Positions 31,601-42,074 of a DNA stretch of 64,000 nt are shown one piece after another. This stretch comes from a virus: positions 3,698 through 67,697 of the IMG/VR virus record IMGVR_UViG_3300044910_000225; one strand, 5' to 3'. The stretch's first letter is position 1. Each line of letters opens with the position of its first letter. Both the position numbers and the translations under genes were made by a program. The notes under the pieces were generated by a model that searched no databases, had not been told where the DNA came from, and saw only the letters and a list, made by a program, of their open reading frames with translations.

Positions 31601-34600
31601 CATGTACTGCAGACTGTGCTGGAGTTCCAAGGTGATAAGTACATGGCAAGACAGATGGTGACAGGTGGTGAGTACACTACAGCCAATGAGGATGCATTCA
31701 ACATACTGGTAGCAAATGTGGCTGATGAGATGGGAATATCAGAAGATGAAGTGAAGAATCCTACTGGTAAACTGGGTAAGGTCATAGAGAGCATAAAAGG
31801 GAAGAATGGAACAATATCTCTAGCAGACCTGGTGTATCTATCAGGAAAGTTCGATGTAGGATCACCATTCAAACTACTGTCTCTACTGAGAGCTGTACAT
31901 GATATCAGTAAAGCAGATGGCTACAAAGTGACTACATCATACATGGTAGAGAGTGATGCTACTGCAAGTGGTGTGGTAAATACTCTATTGAACATCTCAG
32001 GGTTTGAATCTATCCAGAAGATACTAGGGAAGCTAGGTATAGGAAAGTATGCTGTAGAAGGTGAAGTACAAGATCCATACAACATACTATCAGATGTAGC
32101 AGTGGCTAATGATACCATGAGATACAATGAAGAGGTCAAACCTATAGTGGACAGACTGACTACTGTAATGTCAAATGGTAAAGAAGGTGGTGCTAATAAG
32201 TTCCTACGTGAACTGGTGAAGTATGCAATGATGCCCTGGTTCTACGGACAGAAGGGGGACAATACAGGACACAGCATGGGTAACTCTATAGCAGTGGATA
32301 TGGTGAAGTCAGCTATCAATGGTAATGCTCCTGCACTGAAATGGGTGAATGAGATACTAGGTACAGAATATACTACAACAGATACAGCAAAGATCAGCAG
32401 TGTGACAGGAAAGCTACAGCCTATGATAAAAGAAGTATCTCAAAAGGATATAGAGACTCTATCAAAGTTCTTCGGTGAGACTGTTGGTGATCACTATGTT
32501 CGTACTCTAGAAGATACCTTCAGTGATGTCAAAGAGTACAGAAAGATGATGAATGATATGTATACTCTTCTGGACAAGAGTGGAAAGTGGGAAGGTACTA
32601 TCAAGAGTGCAATGGGTACAGAACTAGGAACAAATGAGAAGATGTCCATACAGAAGCTCAAGTCAATGACTCTCAAAGACATCGACAAAGAACTTCTAGT
32701 AGTGAACAAGATGCTGAATAATAAGACATCATTCAACGTCAACCTACAACATGCTACAGATGCTGCTCTACTACTACTGACATTGAGAGATGTAATGGCT
32801 TCTAAAGGTAATACTGATGGAATCATGACAGTGCATGATGCACTCTATTCAGATGCTAATACAGCAAAGAGTATCATGAAAGCATACAACAAATATACGG
32901 TACAACTGGCAAAGGACTATGACTACCTCACTGCTGCACTGAATGAAGTGGAGGAAGTATATAAAGACAATACTTCTAAAGCTGTAGCAAAACAGATCCA
33001 GACTCTAAAGGATAAGATCACTGAGCTAAAGAAGAATAAGGTAGAGTTCCTATCTCCAGTAAAGACAAACATACTGGGGCAGAAGGATGCTGTAGATCTA
33101 TGGGGAACTGAAACTGAAGTAGAGACTGATGCAGAAACAGTAGTCCAGAATACAAATACTGAAGCAAAAGAAGGAATCAAAAGACTACTGACTCCAATAC
33201 GAAAAGACATTAGAGATGGAGATCTACTTGGAGCACTACAGAAGATTGAAGAACTACCTATAGATGAGAGTCATAAAGAGCTTCTAGGTAAGGTAATGAA
33301 AGCATTAAAGGAAGGAGTACAATTAAAGATAGGAAAAGAGTTTGCAGGAGCATATGGTGAAGTGACTGTAGGAAACATGAAAGGACTCACTCCTAATACA
33401 CTCGTAGAAGTACTGGCACATGAAGTAGATCATGCTATTCAATTCCAATGGATGCAGCATAATCTTGATAGCATAGAAATGAAGTACTTAGGAAGAGTGC
33501 TGAATAAACTACCATCTATGAAAGGTAAGGTATCAGCAGATGTACAGGCACGTATAGACTATATCCTAGACCCAAAAGTCTCCTATAAGAAACCTGAGCA
33601 TAAGAGACTGTATCAGACAGCTGAGCTAGTATCTATACTATCAAATGAGCCTAAGATATCTGAAGCTATTCTAGGACAATTTGGAACGTCTCAGAAGACT
33701 ATAATGGAAGTGATCAAAGATCTCATAATAAAAGCATACAAAGCATTCAAAGATCTGGGAGATATCAACAGTCTAGAACTGGATACAGATACAATCATGA
33801 GTGCAATACAGTCTATAGATGACAATGCTAAGCTGAATGCTACTGTGAGCACTAAGAAGCTCTCTCCTGCTAACATGGTGAAGGAGACTGATCATAATGG
33901 TGGAATCATAATGGCACCATATAATGCTATCAATGATACTATCTCTAAGAGTAACAGCTTCATGTCAGACTGGATGATAATCTGGGGTGATACTATGGTG
34001 GGGCATATGGGTCCTCCTCTGAAGAAAGCACATGTCAACATGAAGAGAAACTCTGCGCTGTATAAGACTGCTGTGAGTATGCTACGTAATGGATTCTACA
34101 GTGGAGACTTCGCTCAACGTATGCACTATATTCTAGGACTGGCAGGAGATGTGAAAGATAAAGTGGTGAAAGAAGCACTGAAGCTATCCAATCAGTATCA
34201 GCAAGAATCAGTGAAAGAACTGGAGAATATGGCTAAGCTGGATAGACTACTGAAAGATACATACTCTAAAGGAGATCAGAAGAAGATCCATAGAATGTTC
34301 GCTGATACAGGCATAGCAAATCTGGTATTGAATGAGACAATGTTCAATAATATTCTGGAAGGCAAGATCACCATAAAAGAGGCAATGGTAGAGGTAAGCT
34401 CTAAGATGACTGCTGAGAGCATATCAAAACTGGATGATGTAGCAAACTACTGGACTACAGGTGAGACTGCCGCCAATAAGACGAATGTGTATGCTACAGG
34501 AATCTTCAGCAAGGAAGCACTGCTGTATACAACACTCAAAGCAATGAGTACAATCCCTGGAAGTCAGAAGCTACTACAGGATATGGATACTGATACTAGA

Positions 34601-36655
34601 AACTGGATGATGTCTCTAGCATTGATCAACAAGAAGATGAATGATGAGCTGAATGAGAAGGGTGTAGACTACAGAGGAATGAACTACTCTGATGATGCAG
34701 GATATCATGGTATGTATGATGGAAGCTATAGCATGGATATCCATGATAAAGTCTTCGAGTACAAAGCAGTAACATTGTCTGAGATGAGAAGAAGTGATAA
34801 CTCAAGTGAGAATGGGTGGATAGTAGTAAAAGAAGCTACAAAAGATACTGTAGGAATCCTAGCAAGAGAGAACTATGAGTCAGGATACAATACTGGTGTA
34901 GGGCTAGAACTCAACAGATACTCCAATGGTGCACTGCTATCAAGAGATCAAAGCAAACCTATAGTGGATAAGCTACGAACACTCAACAGTGATGAAGCAA
35001 GAGAGTCATGGTTATTCCATAATGGCATGGTACAAGAAGGATCAAGATTCAGAGTGCTACTGAGCAAAGAGATGAAGACAGAGAAACTACATATGGTAGA
35101 GAATGCTGCTCATAGTCTATACAGAACATATCTCCATAACAAAGATCTGATAGCATCAGAAGCAGTACGAAGAACTCTACTGGAGAATGGTACAAGAACT
35201 ATCAAGAATGAAAACGGCATGAAAGAACTGGAAAGAATACTAAAGCAGAATGATAGAGTAGGTCTAAAAGGTGAAAGAACAGAAGTAGAACCATTCATCA
35301 ACATAGACTATACTGCTCCTTCACTGAAGCATATCAAAAGCTTCGATGATCTAAAGAAAGAATACCCTATGATAGCTCAATACTATAGAACTCCAGAAGG
35401 ACTGACAACATTCAACAACTTCAACAAGAAAGTATCTCTGGTAAAGAGAGGTGTATCAGAAGTACTACTGGGATATAAGAATGGACAGATATTCGGTAAT
35501 GATAATAGAGATGCTGCAAGATGGGAGAACATGTTCAAGAAGATGGTGATATTGGCTAAGCAGAAGATGGTAGTAATGAATCCAGTGAAACTACTGAATG
35601 ATACTGTAACGAATGTGGGAGTACTATCTATGATGGACATGACACCTACAGAGATCTACTATGGTATGAAAGATGGGTACAGAGCATACGGTGAATACTC
35701 TAAAGCAAGAGGTAAGCTGGTAGAGCTACAGATGTCTGCTAGAATGGCAGATGCTACATATGAAATGAACAAGACAAAAGAGAATGAGACTGCTAAGAAG
35801 AAAGCAGTGAATGTTCTGGATAAGCATATAGCAGACATGAAAGAAATGGACTTCCATGAAGCATACAATGCAGGATTCGTACAATCATACAGTACAGATC
35901 TGGTAATAAAAGAGTTCGATACTATCAGTGGTATACAAAAAGATATAGACAATGTTATTGATAAGTATACACATGATAAGAAAGGTAATCCTAATAAGCT
36001 ATTCGATGCTATCAAGTGGTTTGCAAACACTGGTCCTCAAATGGATGAGTGGCTGATAGCAGCAGGTACAAGTTCTAAAATGAAAGGTACTGATGTAGGA
36101 ACTGAACTGGTAGAGATAGCTGAGAGATTGAAGAATAAGAAGAATGATAAGGAAAGTGTGAGCAGATATGTAAGTGAATTCCTAGGAAGTCCAGCATCAG
36201 AAGCTGCAGCATATGGTAGTGCCTACATGGTACTGGGAGATGTAATGGCAAAGTATACACTGGCTAAACATCTGATAGGAAGAGAGAATCCCAGAAGTGG
36301 TTCAAGAGGAAACAGACGAAAGTATACGAGTGAAGAAGCATATGCTCTAGCAAATGATACATTCATAGACTACAGAGCAAATCTTCCTAAAGAGATCAAA
36401 GTACTTAGTGACTATGGTATCCTGATGTTCCCAGCATACTGGATGAGAGTACAGAAGGTGATAGCAGGACTACTAAGATATCATCCTGTAAGTGCACTGG
36501 GAAGCTATGCTGTAGAGACTGCAATGGGAGTGGAAAATCTGAATGTACTAAATCAGAATATCGTGACTAAAGCTGGAGGATACTATGGTATAGTCCACAG
36601 TCCTACTGAGACTATATCGTTAGAATCAGTACTACTGGGAGCTGGGATGTTCTAA
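28682..36655 (+). CDS. Virion-encapsidated RNA polymerase (N4 gp50-like)
   Basis: 2657 aa; motif A VESDATASG, motif B RELVKYAMMPWFYG, motif C VHDA; no Cys seen. Confidence 0.92.
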   Translation: MGLLEDFTNTNNSSSKAQNLLQRKDTKLLEMMGAPKVPLEQQLRQLDTQRDIALENAQGDELKINRILSEHTNATGDAISSTSPTPYQNTSYSSPSIAELRKRNEELNGGGDLLNLPKAAGSGALNLFSKGAQLIGKGGEVLGDSISAVGDMQENFDAKHTVPGSGMDTLGKLFTKGTRAVGDFISNEAIQLQQEQAQSRKSGLFDKVVGYNPETVRKMGSQFADDVQKGEYFTAVRNVLSNPEGMATAFVQSAPEMAAMWTPIGFAATATSNANAAVYDLEQSAQAQGREATVAEKGIATGISVVSTYLDRLGDKVSMGAVKISEPAKDTLIKTINAMTPDVKNAVLKQFGGTLATIGLKGGEFLGKAGVEGATEYAQTIGEGKASDVNKLNTELSDVEHRQGLEAMGIGFGAGGVPAAATTIPGVVSSVSDLTNKGLDSIAKDYRTGKVADINAAKAEREAFTADIDSRRVPITEDMSERDVKLAEGINDHIDKIQELDPKTEAYSDTVSKMIEDTNRWKAKMDTAVTPTTTTEVESTTAEETIPTVQESKVQVEEDTQLDEVQQERLHKAGMSKITTLNDRTSKVKVSPIEGTRVSETSKKKGKLFDPMSTTDEKINEVVAEGYDKDNKDTTFMKRIAKKLGYGKQEHTQIQNLAKEIEGKLDVAQEAMSNILPDGETATVANVLRAVAIGMSNIRSGQTAEYDISNKYGMEHKTSGARKLQLVNQIGQAYTNAFGFKLTGTAEDVAKAYAERGQHIIQLMQDLGMVTETEENLPVHNIVESDPMNPAMRYADKKKRTAMMKVLTLTSNESTGSRKNKNRLVDAVSTFSKLFTPPNVEIPATEGQTAVVMSKGAEDVKISKEHQDIIKQYSELKYKIKPEAMSILKDLKKLYDKHDQDIDKLIAEEKDVVEALQLVDGNSALTKMSEVGRKINRTGNLAAVLESLDEIEAMMSEEGGFNYHYESAINERIHVLQTVLEFQGDKYMARQMVTGGEYTTANEDAFNILVANVADEMGISEDEVKNPTGKLGKVIESIKGKNGTISLADLVYLSGKFDVGSPFKLLSLLRAVHDISKADGYKVTTSYMVESDATASGVVNTLLNISGFESIQKILGKLGIGKYAVEGEVQDPYNILSDVAVANDTMRYNEEVKPIVDRLTTVMSNGKEGGANKFLRELVKYAMMPWFYGQKGDNTGHSMGNSIAVDMVKSAINGNAPALKWVNEILGTEYTTTDTAKISSVTGKLQPMIKEVSQKDIETLSKFFGETVGDHYVRTLEDTFSDVKEYRKMMNDMYTLLDKSGKWEGTIKSAMGTELGTNEKMSIQKLKSMTLKDIDKELLVVNKMLNNKTSFNVNLQHATDAALLLLTLRDVMASKGNTDGIMTVHDALYSDANTAKSIMKAYNKYTVQLAKDYDYLTAALNEVEEVYKDNTSKAVAKQIQTLKDKITELKKNKVEFLSPVKTNILGQKDAVDLWGTETEVETDAETVVQNTNTEAKEGIKRLLTPIRKDIRDGDLLGALQKIEELPIDESHKELLGKVMKALKEGVQLKIGKEFAGAYGEVTVGNMKGLTPNTLVEVLAHEVDHAIQFQWMQHNLDSIEMKYLGRVLNKLPSMKGKVSADVQARIDYILDPKVSYKKPEHKRLYQTAELVSILSNEPKISEAILGQFGTSQKTIMEVIKDLIIKAYKAFKDLGDINSLELDTDTIMSAIQSIDDNAKLNATVSTKKLSPANMVKETDHNGGIIMAPYNAINDTISKSNSFMSDWMIIWGDTMVGHMGPPLKKAHVNMKRNSALYKTAVSMLRNGFYSGDFAQRMHYILGLAGDVKDKVVKEALKLSNQYQQESVKELENMAKLDRLLKDTYSKGDQKKIHRMFADTGIANLVLNETMFNNILEGKITIKEAMVEVSSKMTAESISKLDDVANYWTTGETAANKTNVYATGIFSKEALLYTTLKAMSTIPGSQKLLQDMDTDTRNWMMSLALINKKMNDELNEKGVDYRGMNYSDDAGYHGMYDGSYSMDIHDKVFEYKAVTLSEMRRSDNSSENGWIVVKEATKDTVGILARENYESGYNTGVGLELNRYSNGALLSRDQSKPIVDKLRTLNSDEARESWLFHNGMVQEGSRFRVLLSKEMKTEKLHMVENAAHSLYRTYLHNKDLIASEAVRRTLLENGTRTIKNENGMKELERILKQNDRVGLKGERTEVEPFINIDYTAPSLKHIKSFDDLKKEYPMIAQYYRTPEGLTTFNNFNKKVSLVKRGVSEVLLGYKNGQIFGNDNRDAARWENMFKKMVILAKQKMVVMNPVKLLNDTVTNVGVLSMMDMTPTEIYYGMKDGYRAYGEYSKARGKLVELQMSARMADATYEMNKTKENETAKKKAVNVLDKHIADMKEMDFHEAYNAGFVQSYSTDLVIKEFDTISGIQKDIDNVIDKYTHDKKGNPNKLFDAIKWFANTGPQMDEWLIAAGTSSKMKGTDVGTELVEIAERLKNKKNDKESVSRYVSEFLGSPASEAAAYGSAYMVLGDVMAKYTLAKHLIGRENPRSGSRGNRRKYTSEEAYALANDTFIDYRANLPKEIKVLSDYGILMFPAYWMRVQKVIAGLLRYHPVSALGSYAVETAMGVENLNVLNQNIVTKAGGYYGIVHSPTETISLESVLLGAGMF

Positions 36656-36658
36656 TGA

Positions 36659-36676
36659 CAGTCTCCTAAGAGACTG
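36659..36676. terminator. Hairpin at the convergence of late and middle transcription
   Basis: CAGTCTC-CTAA-GAGACTG. Confidence 0.6.
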
Positions 36677-36708
36677 CTTTAGATAATCGACAGATAGTAT
36701 AGTCTGGC

Positions 36709-37242
36709 TCATATAAGGAATCTGCTGGTTGTGACTTCCACTTCTGGAGATATAGCATTAAGTTCTTTCAAAAGCATTTCCTGGACTACAGCTGAAGCTT
36801 CCTCAGGTGTAGCATAACTACCTAGATACACTTCTTTAGAACCTCGTCTAACACGAGCTACAAATCTTCCACTTTTATTGGACACACCATAGTATCCTGT
36901 GGCATTATTACTATACTTTATACCAACAGGCTTCAGGCCTGTATCTCTCATATGTTTAAGATTATCTATGTTAGAACACCATTCTAAATTGTCTACAGAG
37001 TTGTCATGCTTAACACCATTCTTATGATTGATATGTTCTCCATCAAAAGGTGGTATGAAAGCTTTGCCTACCTCACGATGTATCTTCTTACAAAATACTT
37101 TACCATTAAGTTTTATGTTAACAGTCATATATCCATTTTTATCAGGTACTAGTTTGCGTTCTGTAACATTCCCATTCTTGTGGAATAAAACTCTACCATC
37201 CCTAGTTATTTCATATCTATCTTCAAAGCCTTTAATCCACAT
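36709..37242 (-). mobile_element. Free-standing HNH-AP2 homing endonuclease
   Basis: INHKNGVKHDNSVDNLEW plus YLGSYATPEEA AP2-like domain. Confidence 0.85.
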
Positions 37243-37300
37243 AATACTTCCTTATACATTTAGGTAAGTGGAGTATACCATTTACCTTCTTATAGTATTC

Positions 37301-37753
37301 TTATAGTGTATCTCGTTTATCAAGGATCTTCTGTAGCTCAGCTTCTGGTCCAACAAATGAATCAGGTTTAAGCTGTTTACCCTGCTCATCTTTGCCAGCA
37401 TGAAGTTTCTGCATATTAGCTTGCATAACAATCTCAAGCGCATGTGCTGCTTGCTGAGGTGAAAGACCTAATTTAAAAATAGAGCCAAAGCAAAACACAA
37501 TAGCATCAAGATGTTTATCTAATCTCTCTACTTCTCTCATATCCATAGGTACTGACACTAAGTGCATGATATGACGAGAAATGCCTTTAGGTCCTACATC
37601 AGGTATGCCTAATGATTGGGATAGCTCAGAAGTAACAAGCCCTTCAAGCATCTCCTCAATAGGATAAGCACATTCTCTCTCATCAATATATCCTTGATCT
37701 AAAAGCCCTGCTTCCAAGTTAAACTTATAGATGGTTTTAATAGGGTTATTCAT
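37301..37753 (-). CDS. MazG-like NTP pyrophosphohydrolase
   Basis: EEMLE...LDKHLD...VMQANMQK...GKQLKP pattern. Confidence 0.65.
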   Translation of the reverse strand: MNNPIKTIYKFNLEAGLLDQGYIDERECAYPIEEMLEGLVTSELSQSLGIPDVGPKGISRHIMHLVSVPMDMREVERLDKHLDAIVFCFGSIFKLGLSPQQAAHALEIVMQANMQKLHAGKDEQGKQLKPDSFVGPEAELQKILDKRDTL

Positions 37754-38046
37754 TTGCCTTCTCCATGAAGTTCATCTACTACAAGCTGGGCATAGCCTGC
37801 AATGTCAATCCATGAGTCATCATAGAAAGGATCTCCGTTACCAATACGACCAATCTTATGGAAGATCATATCTAAGGATTCTCTCATGGCAGGAGTAAGT
37901 CTGCTGAAGTTGTTAGAGTGCTTAATGAAAGCATCTTTCAATGCTTGAGTAAGCTCTGCATGACCTGAGAACTTACCATAACGATTACCTCGTTCTAGTA
38001 GAATATCTTCTACACCTGTATACTGTTTTTCTAATGATGGTGACAC
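37750..38046 (-). CDS. DUF6378-like nucleotide-metabolism-associated protein
   Basis: ERGNRYG...KIGRI...DSWIDIAGYA. Confidence 0.7.
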   Translation of the reverse strand: MSPSLEKQYTGVEDILLERGNRYGKFSGHAELTQALKDAFIKHSNNFSRLTPAMRESLDMIFHKIGRIGNGDPFYDDSWIDIAGYAQLVVDELHGEGK

Positions 38047-38229
38047 TTAATCTCCTTTAGGTAGGTCTGGTGCAGAGTCAATTATGACCTGCATGGCTTT
38101 AAAGTATACGCCTTTGTATTGTTCATTCAGTTTAGCAAGTGCTTCAGCTTTCACTTTAGCAGATGCTTCTGATGTAGCAATAGCATCATACTTCTTACTG
38201 TATTCTTTTGGTGTCATACACTGCTCCAT
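38047..38229 (-). CDS. Hypothetical protein
   Basis: Short coupled ORF. Confidence 0.5.
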   Translation of the reverse strand: MEQCMTPKEYSKKYDAIATSEASAKVKAEALAKLNEQYKGVYFKAMQVIIDSAPDLPKGD

Positions 38230-40275
38230 TTACTATAGTCTATGTCTTCCCAATCACCATCTACAGATTTGCTGTAGGTTGTTACACGACCACTGAAGAA
38301 GTCAGTGAGCACTGTACCTACAACATCATCCATGTATGGTAATGGGTTGACAGTAGTATTATAGTTAGGTTTCATACCAAGTTCCTTTAAAGCAATATCA
38401 GCACGATACTGAATGTAACGCTTCAAGTCACTGTTGGCAATGTGAGCATAATCAAAGTAATCTACTAGAGCTTCTTCATATGCTACCATCTCACGGATAC
38501 CCTGATAGATATCGTACTTCAACTCATCATCCCAAATATCAGGATTCTCAGATATGAATGTACGGAACAAGTAACAGTTTCCAATGAAGTGCATATTCTC
38601 TTCTCTTCGCTGTATTCACTACGTGACGCTAATACGTAGCAGTTCTCTTATGAACTTCTGTATATTTCTATACAGGCTGGACTATATCATACTCCTTATG
38701 GAGTGGTTCCGCTTCCCATCGCTTGACGGTACTCTACTAACTCTGATGGTGTCATCAGGTTTTCGATAGTCTCTGAACTTTGTTGTTTGTAAATATTTAG
38801 TGCATCAACCCATGCAGGTTTACTTCTAGTTCTAACCCTAGAAATCCCAGATGGATGCACATTAAATAATTCCCCTATACGTTTATTAGATATAGTTGTT
38901 GTTAATGCGAAGTGCAGTATTTTCAAAATATTATTAAGATTATTTCCACTTGTCAAAGGACTCTTTGGAGGAATATAGCCTTTAAACTCATCTTCATCAA
39001 AAATGAATTTCCATCGAGTCTTGTACCTTATTAAAGATACATGCTTTGGTTCCATGTAATACTTTTCACCTAATTCTATATTTGATACTACACTATTATG
39101 CATTATATCTCTTATGATATTTCTAACTGTCTCTGCTGTAATAGTAGCACATCCATTTAATTCGCCTTTCTTAGGCGCACATAGACCAGTAGCAAAAGCA
39201 TGTAGAGTGTTCTCTTTGTAAGTTATTTCCTCTAGATTAGAAATAGCATTATTGAGCTTATTCCCGTCTATATGGTTTATAACAAAACCATCTCTAATAG
39301 GTCTTCCTAGAAAACACTCATAGATAAATCTATGTGCTCTGTACTGCTTTTGTTCATTACCTTCGCGTAATGTAACTACTGCATAACCAGTTGTCTTATT
39401 TGTCATTACAGATACCATTGGTTTTCTAATACCATAGATATTGCCATCTGTATCTGCACTATATCTTTTAAACTTATGATGAAACTTTCTCATGTATGTC
39501 CTTCGTGTATTATTTCATCACTATAACATATGAATGATTAGTTTCATCTTAGGGTAGCAACCTTAGCTGCTGATTACCATATGCTTATGCACTTAGGCTT
39601 CCCAGCAATTCAAAACCTTTTAATTCGACTAGTGTCTTCGTTAATCGAATACTCTACTATGGTACAAAGACCAGGGTATTTCCCAGAGAACTGATACTTA
39701 AGGAGTGCTGCAAACTGTGCCATGAGAGAGATACCTTCAGCACCTCCCGCATAGATGGCAAGCATACGAGCTACATCTCTACGAAATACTTTATCAAGAG
39801 CAAGCTCTGATAAGTTCATAGCCTTGTACTCTTCGTACTTCTTCACCTTAGCTTTCTCAAGGTAATCAGCTTTAGAAGCCATAACAGGTATATCAAGGAA
39901 GTCCTGATAAATACTGTTAGGGAGTCCTATGGTTTCAGTGAATAGAGAGTAGTTCTCAATGTGAGTGAACTCTCTAGCCATGAAGTTCGATAGCATAGCC
40001 TGTACTTCAATAGGTTTGAATATACGAAGTAAGACTGCATAGCCATTCTCAACTGAGACTTCCTGCTGAGTAAAGAGTCTCATGGTACGAGTGATGTCAT
40101 CCTTCTCTTTAGGAGAAGCTCTATCAAAGTCCTGAATGTCTTTAGCCAGTGATATGATATCAGCAGTCCAGTGAGCACGATCATGTTCTTTGTAATAGTT
40201 CCAGAATTCAGGGTATCGGAAGCCTTTAGAAGACTTGAATGTGGGAATACCATTAATGTGAATTAGGGTACTCAT
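38214..40275 (-). CDS. nrdB: Ribonucleotide reductase class I beta subunit, spliced (exon 1 40275-39644, exon 2 38607-38214)
   Basis: Splicing restores IVEYS-I-REENMH (canonical SIRDExxH); E..H iron ligands present; C-terminal DFFSGRVTTY. Confidence 0.9.
38608..39643 (-). ncRNA. Group I intron in nrdB
   Basis: P AATTGCTGGGAA, Q AATCAGCAGC, R GTTCAGAGACTA, S TGATATAGTCC; P1 exon TTCGAT pairs with GTCGAA (U.G); terminal G. Confidence 0.92.
38696..39493 (-). CDS. Intron-encoded HNH homing endonuclease
   Basis: INHIDGNKLNNAISNLE; its 3' end overlaps the intron core. Confidence 0.9.
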   Translation of the reverse strand: MRKFHHKFKRYSADTDGNIYGIRKPMVSVMTNKTTGYAVVTLREGNEQKQYRAHRFIYECFLGRPIRDGFVINHIDGNKLNNAISNLEEITYKENTLHAFATGLCAPKKGELNGCATITAETVRNIIRDIMHNSVVSNIELGEKYYMEPKHVSLIRYKTRWKFIFDEDEFKGYIPPKSPLTSGNNLNNILKILHFALTTTISNKRIGELFNVHPSGISRVRTRSKPAWVDALNIYKQQSSETIENLMTPSELVEYRQAMGSGTTP

Positions 40276-42074
40276 GTGCAGCCCAAGCAGGTATCAGACA
40301 TCATATCTATTTCCTTATGTTGTATTTGTTTACGTTCACCTGATGCAGTAGAAGCGGATACTCCTGCTGTAGAACGAACGTAGTATAGTGACTTGATCTT
40401 CTTCTTCCAAGCAAGGATATGAAGGTCTGAGATGTACTGAACTGATGATCCTGCTGGAATGAAGATGTTAAGGGATTGTCCCTGATCAACCAGTGGTGAA
40501 CGATCACCAGCAAGCTCTAGGAGCCAACGCTGATCTAACTCAAATGCAGTCTTGAATACATCCTTGATATCCTGTGACATCCAATCCAGATGCTGTACAG
40601 AACCACCGTTCTTCTTGATGGAATCCCACTGCTGCTCAATCCATACATGTTCATAACGATCATCAGGTGTAGCGAGGAATCCTGCATTAGCTTCTATAAC
40701 TTTCTCAAGATATTTATTCTTAATAGCAAAAGATCCCTGCTTAACCTTCTTAGTGAAAGCATTCGTAACCCAAGGCTCAATACCACTAGAAGTAACACCA
40801 CATAGTGATGAGATACTCATGGTAGGAGCTATGGCTGTGACATGAATGTTACGCTTGTAGTCAGTACCATTAGTAGTGCGTCTAGCTAGGGGACAACCTG
40901 ATCCACCTGCAATAAGGTTATGCTTATCAGCTGATTCCTTAATCATACTGAAGATCTTCATGTTGAGACCTTTAGCAATAGAAGATTCCCAGGGAATAAG
41001 CTTAGACTGAAGCAGTGAATGGAAGCCCATTACTCCAAGTCCGATACTTCTTTCATCAATGGCTCCAGCTCTAGCTCGTTCAAAGCCAGGAAGATTCTCT
41101 GTCGAGTCTATAAAAGACTGAAGTACATTGTCAAGATAATCAGAGCAATCAGCAATGAACTGATCAAAACAATGTTGATACTCATCCCAATACTCAAGAT
41201 TAATGCTACCAAGACAACAAACTCCACTATGGTTATCGTCAGTTCGAAGCGTAATCTCAGTACAGAGGTTAGATGTTGTAACTTTGATGTTTTCATGTTT
41301 ATACTCCTCTGGTGCTAAGTCATTGACAGTATCAATGAATAGTAGGTATGGTTCTCCTGTAGTAATACGAGCTTCTAGGATCTGAGACCATAGCTTACGA
41401 GCTGATACAGTACGGATAGACTCACCAGTCTTAGGAGATGTAAGTACCCACAGTTTATCTTCAAGCACTGACTCCATAAATAAGTCTGATATTACAACAC
41501 CATGATGAAGGTTAGGAGTACGTCGGCTACTGTCACCAGTCTCTTTACGAATGTCAATGAACTCCTCAATCTCAGGATGTGAGATATCAAGGTAAGCTGC
41601 TTCAGAAGCTCTACGAAGTCCCCCCTGAGATATGGCAAGGGTACTACGGTCTGACACTCCAAGGAAAGGGATAAGTCCAGAAGACTTACCACCATGAGTA
41701 CCTACAGATTCATTCACTGAACGAACAGCAGACCAGTCAGTACCAATACCTCCACCATAAGCACCAAGGTTAAATGCTTCGTTATAGTTCTGGAAGATAG
41801 AAGGTTTGTTGTCAGCAACACTCTTAGTGAAGCATGATATAGGAAGTCCTCTATCTGTACCAGCGTTAGATGCTATAGGTGTGCTAGGATGGAACCATAG
41901 AGACTGCATGTATGATCTCATCCGAAGACCATGAGCAGTATCATTCTGATATGCTGATGATACTCTATCTAACCATCCATCGTAATCTTCTGATGGTAGG
42001 AAGTAAGTCTCCTTATAGAGAGCCTGTGAGAAAGCTGGGAGAGTGTTCCAATCTCTATTCATTTGCATTTGCAT
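40272..42074 (-). CDS. nrdA: Ribonucleotide reductase class I alpha subunit (no ATP cone)
   Basis: PISCF, SNLCTEI, IAPT, KSLYY and C-terminal CLGC. Confidence 0.95.
   Translation of the reverse strand: MQMQMNRDWNTLPAFSQALYKETYFLPSEDYDGWLDRVSSAYQNDTAHGLRMRSYMQSLWFHPSTPIASNAGTDRGLPISCFTKSVADNKPSIFQNYNEAFNLGAYGGGIGTDWSAVRSVNESVGTHGGKSSGLIPFLGVSDRSTLAISQGGLRRASEAAYLDISHPEIEEFIDIRKETGDSSRRTPNLHHGVVISDLFMESVLEDKLWVLTSPKTGESIRTVSARKLWSQILEARITTGEPYLLFIDTVNDLAPEEYKHENIKVTTSNLCTEITLRTDDNHSGVCCLGSINLEYWDEYQHCFDQFIADCSDYLDNVLQSFIDSTENLPGFERARAGAIDERSIGLGVMGFHSLLQSKLIPWESSIAKGLNMKIFSMIKESADKHNLIAGGSGCPLARRTTNGTDYKRNIHVTAIAPTMSISSLCGVTSSGIEPWVTNAFTKKVKQGSFAIKNKYLEKVIEANAGFLATPDDRYEHVWIEQQWDSIKKNGGSVQHLDWMSQDIKDVFKTAFELDQRWLLELAGDRSPLVDQGQSLNIFIPAGSSVQYISDLHILAWKKKIKSLYYVRSTAGVSASTASGERKQIQHKEIDMMSDTCLGCT

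Noticed and set aside
36667-36760. Stranded C-terminus of the NTP pyrophosphohydrolase after HNH-AP2 (KSQPADSLYEPDY)
   Set aside because: Similarity to GKQLKPDSFVGP is too weak to call.
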